Source: Azolla caroliniana (taxonomy: Eukaryota; Plantae; Polypodiophyta). From it: DNA of 64,000 nt. The notes beneath the pieces were generated by a model, which was not told the origin of the DNA, did no database searches, and saw only the letters and a program-made list of their open reading frames with translations. The translations under genes and the position numbers were made by a program. Below are positions 24,554 to 33,638 of this stretch, in pieces. Positions within the stretch are counted from its first letter, which is position 1, and each line of letters starts with the position of its first letter. The DNA is taken from contig JBHGNT010000003.1 of the NCBI GenBank assembly GCA_043228905.1, positions 8,990,001 through 9,054,000 of the forward strand, written 5' to 3'.

Positions 24554-26298
24554 TGTATGATCGACTTTCCCTCTAACATAAAGAGAGAGAGAGAGAGAGA
24601 GAGGAAAGTTCAAAACAATTCTCTTCCTTCGATTCTACACTTTGTTCGACTCTAAGGCTCGCTCCGACTATGGGCTCTCTTACGTGAATAGTACTAATAT
24701 CTCTCTCACACTCACATACTCTCTTAAACAAAGTTAAGGCAAAGAATATGTTTTGATTTTACTCTTTTACTAAGAGGTCTAGCACCAACAAGGAGGACAA
24801 ATTAACATTTATTTACTAAACACTAATCTCTCTTGAGCTTTTGATTACAAGAAGGAGAGGAGGCTTAGAGTTCAAACCACTAGGAGATTTCTCAAGAATG
24901 AAGATAAAGCTAAATAGGCAGCACAAGGTGGCTTTTATAGCTTTTACATCATAACTGTGGTCGTTTCACACTAGGTTGCCAATTGGCCTACCTTTCCCCC
25001 TATTTGGCTACGTCTACTCCCTCCTTGTATACTTAGTTGCTCAATGTCATTTGTGGGTGCACTTTTCTTCATGACCGGCGTGTTGTGTGCCCTATGCTTA
25101 ACATCCCCCCAATCTTATGAGTGCACACTCCTAGTTACATTGTAGCGGGCGATCATGTGGGTGGAGGGTTGGACGCGAGGAGGACAGAGTACAGTGTGGT
25201 TCCGAAGGTTGAGGAGGGCAAAGACGGTGGATGTTACCAAAATCCCATCTGTTGTTGGCAACTGTAGGGTGGTTTGGATGTCATCTAAAGTGAACTGGAA
25301 ATAGATCGGTGTTGCATCCTCAAAAACATCCATGGTCATCATCGAGGTGAGTGGGTCATAACCAGCTAGGAATTGTTGTCCACCAAGTCGGGAAGCACGC
25401 CCCAAGGGGCCCAATGCCGATTAAAATTTCAACCCCAAGGCGGGCGAGCGAGTGTTGCGAACACATCAGGGTCTTGGTAACGAAGGTGTGTTGATGGCAA
25501 TAAGCACGCGGTAAGTGCACTCGGATGTCATTGAAAGTCACGGGACGAACACAAAATGTCCTTGCATCCCAAGTCCGAGGAGAAGGAATGTAGGGCGTGT
25601 ATGAAGTAAAAGGATGAACAGATGTACATATACGAAACCCTAATTGGGTGGCGGCCGTCATTCCTGTTATGTACGGCGCCATGGATCCTGTGGCTCAGTC
25701 GGATTTTAGGGTTTCGGGCAGAGTCCGTAGGAACCCAGAATTGGGTAAGACCTGCCCTATGCCTCGGTTAATAGCGACTAACCGTTTTGGCAAGTCCCGT
25801 GGCTAAAAATAGCGAGTGTGCCGAAAATGCTCACCCGGGCGGGGGTCTTTAGCTTTTGTCCGGGTTCTACGGTTGGACAAGGTCGAGCTGGGATCTATGT
25901 GACCCGAGTCCGGGTCGCCCCATGGGTGGTTATGTTCGGTGTTCGCACTAGGTATTGACCTCTAATGTGGGTGTATTGACCGCTGATGCTACAATGTTGG
26001 TCGTTCGTCCCATGTTTCGGCCAATGGGGGTGGGTAAATGAATGGTGTAACTTTGTGTGCCTCGGGATGTTAAAACATTTGCTAGCATGACACCAATTTT
26101 GGCCAAGGTGGCATCATGTGTACAACACCTTAGGCGTCAAGGACAAGGGCCTTCATTGTATGTGTGTTGTACCTTGTCTCGATTTTGCATGCCCCGTAAT
26201 CCGAGATAGCACGTGGTCGATTCGCCTAATCTGTGGAACGCGTCGTTGCATGTCTCTAGGTCGAAGAAGTCTATAGGAGGCCGAAAGTTATGACATAC
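24554..26298 (-). mobile_element. 3' end of an LTR retroelement (3' LTR 24554-25103) carrying an extra ORF, inserted in the copia integrase
   Basis: Minus-strand TTGGGGGGA|TGTTAAG PPT/LTR junction at 25103; the copia integrase reading frame stops at the TG at 24554. Right boundary is approximate. Confidence 0.62.
25115..25682 (-). pseudogene. Frameshifted ~190-aa ORF of unknown function just upstream of the PPT
   Basis: ATG-initiated ORF 25356-25682 overlaps ORF 25115-25414 at GPLG; the stop lies 3-4 nt from the PPT. Confidence 0.45.
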
Positions 26299-26770
26299 GG
26301 TACTCTTAACTCATGTGGGCACTTCCAAAATGAACACCATTTCAACCTTTTCTTTATCTTTTTCTTGGACATGCCCCGCACATACGGTCTCCATCCTAAT
26401 TTGACCGAAAGACCTGCATTTTCCCAAGTCTTGCACACACACGGTTTCGGTCTCTAGGTCAAAGTACTATCGAGACCGAAACCGTGTGTGTGCAAGACTT
26501 GGGAAAATGCAGGTCTTTCGGTCAAATTAGGATCGAGACCGTATGTGCGGGGCTTGTCCAAGAAAAAGATAAAGAAAAGGTTGAAATGTTCGGTCTCAGA
26601 TAGTACTTGACCTAGAGACCGAGACCGTGTGTGTGCAAGACTTGGGAAAATGCAGGTCTTTCGGTCAAATTAGGATCGTGACGGTATGTGTGGGGCTTGT
26701 CCAAGAAAAAGATAAAGAAAAGGTTGAAATGGTCTTCATTTTGGAAGTGCCCACCTGAGTTAAGAGTACC
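26299..26770. repeat. Inverted triplication (large palindrome) of the paralogue-3 promoter
   Basis: 26338-26454 is the reverse complement of 26472-26588 (115/117, 17-nt loop). 26299-26480 is also the reverse complement of 26589-26770. Confidence 0.97.
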
Positions 26771-26904
26771 CATGATATATTGAAGTTGTGTCATGTCCAC
26801 GGATCCATCCATCCGTCCATCCATCATTAAGTAGTTCCTAATTGCCAATTAGTATGTAGGTATTTGCTTTATCATTAGAAATTGCCTCCTAATTCTCGGT
26901 ATTA

Positions 26905-27885
26905 ATGGCTTGTTGTAATTCAATGCCGGAGTCGTACGAAATGATGCCGAAGTCAGCAAGCCATGATGACAATGATTTACGACGTCCCCCAATATTGACC
27001 GAGGATCGGGAGGTGTCGGAGCAAAACACTAGGAGGTTAACGGAAGTGGAGCGCGTAGTGCTATGGGAGGTGGACATGGCACGGCGATGCGTAGAGAACT
27101 TCGGTAAGATGTTGAGCGCGCATTCCATCATCCTATCCCTCCTCGTGACCGTCAATCTTGTCGGGTTCCTTCAACCGCCCAAAGGGTGGGCCCCAAATGA
27201 CGCCTACACCGATCATAACTTGCGGGAGGTGAGCATCATGTACAACACTACGGCTGTCCAATGCTTCTCCATCGCCAATGCTCTCTCTGTCTATAGTGCC
27301 ATCACTGGGCTGCTCTTCTACATCTATTGCAGCTACATATCCATCCTGCCAATGGGAACGTTCCCGCTCCCGATGGGAGGAACGGCGGACAGGTACGACG
27401 AGCGCGCGATCGAGTTGCTCCACCAGACCCGCGCCTTCTTGCGGTGCGTGGCATTGCCATCCATTCGCCGGCGCTCGCACTTCCAATTCTCCTTCCTTAT
27501 CTCATCCCTTGTCTTCTCTGGCATCGCTTTCGTCTCCACCGGTACAGCTGCCGTGGGGCCTCTCAACCATGTGTTGGTGACCATCGTAGTGCCGGCAATA
27601 CCCGGTTGCGTATGCGTCTTCATCTCTCTGGGCCTCGCTGTACGCAAGTATTGGAAGGAGCTCCAATTCGACACGCGCTTCGACTTCTTCTGGAAGAATG
27701 TGGCTCGTATTCACGAAAACTGCATCCCAGAATTGGTTCCGATCGGCCCAAATGATTACTCGGGCTTGGATCCGATCCCCTTCAGAAGGGCAACTTGTTT
27801 GATTGCCCCTTATGAATGCAAGGACAGGAAACACTCCCATCCTTCTCACAAGCACATGCAGGCTGCTACAAGTCCCGGTCAGTAG
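26905..27885 (+). CDS. PGG-domain membrane protein, paralogue 3, 326 aa
   Basis: Intact intronless ORF with the same motifs; C-terminus HSHPSHKHMQAATS matches paralogue 1. Confidence 0.83.
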   Translation: MACCNSMPESYEMMPKSASHDDNDLRRPPILTEDREVSEQNTRRLTEVERVVLWEVDMARRCVENFGKMLSAHSIILSLLVTVNLVGFLQPPKGWAPNDAYTDHNLREVSIMYNTTAVQCFSIANALSVYSAITGLLFYIYCSYISILPMGTFPLPMGGTADRYDERAIELLHQTRAFLRCVALPSIRRRSHFQFSFLISSLVFSGIAFVSTGTAAVGPLNHVLVTIVVPAIPGCVCVFISLGLAVRKYWKELQFDTRFDFFWKNVARIHENCIPELVPIGPNDYSGLDPIPFRRATCLIAPYECKDRKHSHPSHKHMQAATSPGQ

Positions 27886-28504
27886 TTAAAAAGCCATCCT
27901 GAGTTCTTGTTGTTCTCCTCTTACCATGGACATTATGTTATGTTTTGACCAGCCTCCCATTGGTCTACTGAGCTCAGAACCTGTACATGCCCATGGTCTT
28001 TTGTGCTTAATAAAAGAGGTGATTGACTATTCACAAGCACTATACTAAGTGCCAAGTAATTGCAAAGCAAGTCACATAAGTTAAAGAGTTCCAAATACCT
28101 GTGAAACACCCTTATATCTCGTATATCTAATTAAGATGGTTCAAAGATGTTGGTTAGGAAACTGAGGCTTTCCAGAGGCTTGGGTGGGGGGTGGCACATT
28201 ATCTACGCATGACATCCACGTTAGATAATATAGCAAGGTGTGAAAAAAGCAGTCATTCCACACATTACTTGGCATGTGAAAGAAAATAAAGGGTCCATTC
28301 TAACAAACATACCAAAACTTTCTTTACTATGAGATAATCAACTAGATTTTCATTCATGGTGCCGTGAAGTTACGAGATGTCGTGATGTGGTATGACCAAA
28401 AGTAGAAAGTGAGGAAAAAAAGAGTAAAAGTGTTTGCAAGATAGAGGGAAAGATAGATAGATTTTGTTATCAATCTTTCGATGTCAAATATAATGACCTC
28501 AAAG

Positions 28505-29007
28505 ACCAAAAATATTATATTTCACGTGATACATGTGAATATAAGTAGCGACTCTCGATGTTCAGGAACTTTACCAATGAATGTTGCAATCGAGAGTGCC
28601 AATTAAAACCAAGTCATTTGAGATAAGTAATGTGTCACATTTTAAGAACTTTCCGTCAAAGAAAGGCACAAACCAAAAATATTATATTTCACGTGATACA
28701 TGTGAAAAGTAAGTAGAGACTCTTGATGTTCAGGAACTTTACCGATGAATGTTGCAATCGAGAGTGCCAATTAAAACCAGGTCATTTGAAATAAGTAATA
28801 TGTCACATTTTAAGAACTTTCCGTCAAAGAAAGGCACAAACCAAAAATATTATATTTCACGTGATACATGTGAAAGTAAGTAGCGACTCTCGATGTTCAA
28901 GAACTTTACCAATGAATGTTGCAATCGAGAGTGCCAATTAAAACTGGGTCATTTGAAATAAGTAATATGTCACATTTTAAGAACTTTCCGTGAAAGAAAG
29001 GCACAAA
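28505..29007. repeat. Tandem repeat, 3 x 167-168 bp
   Basis: Units start ACCAAAAATATTATATTTCACGTG at 28505, 28672 and 28840. Confidence 0.93.
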
Positions 29008-29296
29008 ATAGGTTGTTTCACAAAAAGGTTGCCACATCCAAAATATATTGTTTTTTAGCATATCCAAAAATCTAGAGCTTTCAAGAAATGCCTAAATAAT
29101 AGACACCCCAAAACTTACAAAATAATGTACAAATTTACAAAAGGATTACCACCTATATTTATACATATTCGTGAATTGATATTTTGATGTAAAATACAAT
29201 ATTTACAATTCATGTATTAGAACAATCACTTCCCAAACCTATGCCATCATTTTCAAACCCATCCGAGGAACGAAAAGAACTTTGTGAGGTCTCATC

Positions 29297-29971
29297 TAGC
29301 AATGGGCCCGGTTTCGGCTTAAACTGAACTGAATCGATAAATCGTGGCTTAACAGTTTATAGGTTCGAAGATAAATAAACGGTTTGGTTTGGTTTCAAAT
29401 GTTACTAATTGGTTTTGGTTCGGTTTTGAATTTACCGGCTTATCGGTTTCTGTTTACATGGTTTGGTTTAAAGGTTTATAGGTTTAAAAATACTCATAAA
29501 TTTTCCTTATAGGCTCTAACTTTCAACTTTTAATTTTAAACTCTAGTTTTAACTTATTAAATTTTATATGCATTATATGTAGAGTCTCCTTTTCATTTAT
29601 GATGATAAAATATGATAAGTATAATGATCAAATTTATGATAAGTATGATGACAATTTTATGATAAGTACGATGAATAAATTTATGATGATTTTCTCACAC
29701 AAATTTATAATAAGTATGATGATTAATATCAATAAAATTTGGTTTGGTTTGGTTTGGTTTTGATTTATGATAAACCGGTTTGGTTTGGTTTTAAATTTTT
29801 CGTAAACGATTTGGTTTCTCCTATTCTTTAAACAGTTTGGTTTAACGGTTCGTCTCTAAACGTTTCTATTTAAATGGCTTCAAAATTTTAAAACAATTTG
29901 GTTCGGTTTTATTATTAATAAATGGTTTGGTTTGGTTTCAAGGTCAAGAAACCGAACCGGGCCCATTGCTA
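29297..29971. mobile_element. Non-autonomous hAT DNA transposon (MITE), 675 bp
   Basis: 17-bp perfect TIR TAGCAATGGGCCCGGTT; 8-bp TSD GTCTCATC (29289-29296, 29972-29979); GGTTT/GGTTC subterminal repeats; AT-rich core. Confidence 0.94.
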
Positions 29972-29979
29972 GTCTCATC

Positions 29980-30900
29980 CTCATCGTGACTAGTAACCAA
30001 CGCATTGTCTTCATCCAATTGCAATCCAACATCACTGTATTTATGAGACATGCTCCTTGTTCGTCTTTGTGTCATGTCGAGAGCCACATTTAGGATCTTC
30101 TCTTTTATTATCTTGATTGCGTTCTGTCTTAAATAGCATGTTTTGGTCAAGGAGAAGTCATACACTAGTATCTCTGCATTATCAAGTGTGAAAGTAGATG
30201 TGCTTAGTAGATTCTTTCTTGTTCACTTTCTGATTGTGCCTCCTACATCATTAACCATCTCTAAAGAGTACTTTCCAATAAATGCATATGGGGAAGATGT
30301 ATGATACCAATGAACCACAACAGACTAAACTTGATTGACTTGTTCATCCTTCATTATTTCAAGAATTTTAGCGATCCAGAAGGGATGACCCAACTCATCA
30401 CCCCCAGCTAATGTTGCAACCAACATACCAACTTGTACCTCATGCAAATTGTCTTGCCATCTTACCTCTGTAGTGCGCGATATTCTTGGTCCCACGTAAA
30501 TATGTCTCTCTCGTGGGCAAACTAGATAATTGAGTTCAGTATTATCTAGTGACTAATAATGAGTCATGGACACCATTGATGGTACACCAATATTCCATGT
30601 GAATGGATTTTGGAGTGGCTAGTATCCGGCAAAGCGGTTATCTAAAATTGTCTACTGATGGATGAAGAAGTTACCCCACCATCAACATTCTAATCACCAA
30701 CATACTTCTTGGTACGGTCAATATTTTTCTGCTATCAATCGAACTACCGATATAGCCAATTTTGTCGTCATAAGGCATTTGTTTTGCACCATGGACTTCC
30801 ACATCTAGAAAATGCAATAAGAGCCTACAACCCTCTTGTGGCTCCCATTGTGAGCTAGATGAGTATTGTTTAGCATACAACGACGTCCAGTTGTGGCTCA
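29980..30900 (-). pseudogene. Decayed ORF, probably a DNA-transposon protein C-terminus
   Basis: Manual translation gives VQVGMLVATLAGGDELGHPFWIAKILEI...V*SVVVHWYHT...LVYDFSLTK with a stop and a frameshift; the hAT MITE interrupts its acidic tail. Confidence 0.4.
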
Positions 30901-31399
30901 TAGAACTTCTTTATATTCAAAGGAAGATGTGGTTAAAACTATTAAGCGGTACAATAACCCTACTTTGAGTCCCAACACCATCCATGCAAAAGTGTTTAAA
31001 ATCATAAACTTCATTCAAATGTTCTACTTCTGGCTTTGGGGTATAAGCTTCAATGATCAACTTTGATAGTATAGGAAGCGTGAAAGCATCACATCTCGCT
31101 AATTTCTTTGAGAACCTACTAAATATTTGATCTATATTATCATGGGTATAATCAACTAGTAAGAAGTTAACATTAATATTTTTAAATATGCCCCTCTACT
31201 AGCATGCTTAAATAACCGAACACAGATGACTTTTTGTTTTATTTGGTTCTGTTGTCCAGTTTCACGTATAGAACTGGTGGGAGAAAACCTTGCCAAGACT
31301 GTAACACTCTTTGCATGACTATGACTATAAGATTAGGGTCATTGTGGATATTAGGATAAGTTAAGAAGACTTAAGGCCGTATTGTTTGACAATACAAAC

Positions 31400-31910
31400 A
31401 AACAACCTACTAAATGGATTTGAATAAGGCATTCATCACCAATATCCTTCGTCAACCTTCAAAAGTGCGGCAAACAAGTCTTATTCTAATCCATCCTATT
31501 TATAATTAAGCACATGTTCTTTCCGATGATTGAAGGACTTTTTGTCAGTTGTGCATAGCTTTAGATCATTCCAATGCTTAACTTTCATGACGTTCTTTTA
31601 ATATATTCTTATAATTCTTTATTTCTTCATCAATTCTTCCACTCTTTTCCATGCTTTTTTAACTTGGACATATAGAACAAACAATCATTCGGACCTTACG
31701 CGGTATAACCACATTGTTAAACTGCAACCTCCATGATTGATTGAAATGTTGATATTGTACATCAAGTAGACATTCTAACAACATGTCATCCTTATATGCT
31801 TGGTATACCTCACGACAAGTGAAGTTATCTGACAAATGTAATCTTCTAGTAGTAGGCACATTGCTTTGAGAAATATACCTCCATCCACCTAACAACATGG
31901 CACCCAATCA
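31400..31910 (-). pseudogene. Possible highly decayed LINE (non-LTR) ORF2 C-terminal remnant
   Basis: Trp/Lys-rich broken reading frames (ORF 31659-31907); impression only, no catalytic motif seen. Confidence 0.2.
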
Positions 31911-33422
31911 GACCCGTACATCTAGATGCATTCTTGTCGAAAGGTACACACAATCCCTTTATTAAACATAGTTGAATTGTCTGAAGCCTCATGTTACCAA
32001 TTATATAAGTAATTTTGAAAGCAACTCAACAACACTTAGTACTTAGTGAAAGGTAATATTCCATGTTGTGTGGTTTATTTCCATGGTTTAATCTTGAAAA
32101 TAAACCACATATTTGGAAATAAGAATATAAACAGCGTGTTCGCGTTTAGAAATGGAAGGATCGCGCATTCCACTTTTAGATTCTTTTTATAATTGCGCAA
32201 ATCTATGCAATATATAGAAACGTGTTACACTAGTATCACATGTTCGTCCACCCATATAGAATTTGCAAAATTATTAATATTTAACTAGTTTCAAAGTAAA
32301 ACTGTATTATGCAATATGCAAAGTTGGTTAAAATGTTGAGAAAATCATGATCTCCAGGTATAAAATGTAGTTAAATTACAGACTATGAACATTTGAAGCA
32401 ACATTTGATATGCAGGTTTAACCATCGTGCAGAGGTGTAGGGAGAAGAAATGGAAGTGATAGCTATAGTTAATGATTATGTATTGTGCACTCTAATATTT
32501 AGTGAATGTTGCCTGATATAATACCTTACCCTAATGTTGCCCTAATGTTGCCCAATATAATACCTGATCCTAATGTTACTAATGTTGCCGGATGTAGTCG
32601 AGCATGTGTTCATGAACTCGTGTGACAATACAATATAATTTGTCATAAGAATATCTAAGTATTCTTTGACCACACTAACACTGAGTGGCTAAATGGATAT
32701 CAAAACTATTTCCTAGTGTAACAACATAGTTTACAAGGTTTAAAATTAAGTGTGTTTTCATGCATTTCCATTTATACACACAGGCATGTTGAGCTTGTCT
32801 CTCAACAGTTCCAAACCTTACTACTACATAGGGATATCCTTATAATACCAAAGTGAGGTGTATCTTGTTGGTTGTCAATAAAATACATACTACAATTTAC
32901 AAATATCTACATCTATGTTAAAAGAATCAACATTGAAAGATATTTTGCATATTGATTGTGCAAAGGAACTGGTTTAGTTTATTAAGTACCTACCACACCA
33001 CATATTTTGCCAATGCTCACTTCAATGCCTCTTATCTATACAAAACAAGTCTTTTGTACTGCGACTACATGCTCCTCAGTCAACAAAATGTGGTGGAAGT
33101 GAGAACTTGAATTAAAAGTACACCATGAAAGAAACATCTTCCCCAATGATGAAAAATGGAAATTGCCCTCATCAATTCCCTTTTTATGTATGTGTTCATC
33201 CTTCCTCCCCACTCCATAATATATTCCTTCTCAGAAACATTAATTGGAAGATCATTTGATTGATGGTAGTCCTCAATGCTCCCTCACATTAGATCCCAGA
33301 AAAAAGAATGATGGTAAAGGAAAAAGACATTTTCATTGATCAAAGATTTCATTTCTATGCTCGAGAAGATCGCTTTACACTTATGGTAAAACACAAATTA
33401 TGGTAAAAGAAAAAACGAATCT

Positions 33423-33638
33423 TCATTGACCAAAGATATCATTTCTATGCTCCAGTACTTGCTTTACACTGGCATCTATGATATCCTTGAGATGTTTTGT
33501 ATATCTATCAAATATGTTTTTGCTTATTTGAGTTTGGAACATTGTGCTTTTTTGCCATGCAATACCAAGAAAAACCTTGCATGAACTTTTCATTGTAGTT
33601 GACGAGGTCATGTCCTCTATCTCTTTTCGCACTCGGAT
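33423..33638 (-). CDS. C2-GRAM gene exon 9 (terminal)
   Basis: IRVRKEIED...GIAWQKST...stop TGA at 33423. Confidence 0.88.
   Translation of the reverse strand: MRVRKEIEDMTSSTTMKSSCKVFLGIAWQKSTMFQTQISKNIFDRYTKHLKDIIDASVKQVLEHRNDIFGQ

Noticed and set aside
26338-26588. Annotating the hairpin as a MIRNA gene or a MITE
   Set aside because: No expression evidence, no known mature miRNA recognised and no TSD; the arms are the gene's own promoter sequence. Kept as a repeat and a hypothesis.
28505-29007. CRISPR-like array
   Set aside because: Units are contiguous 167-bp copies with no unique spacers, in a eukaryotic context.
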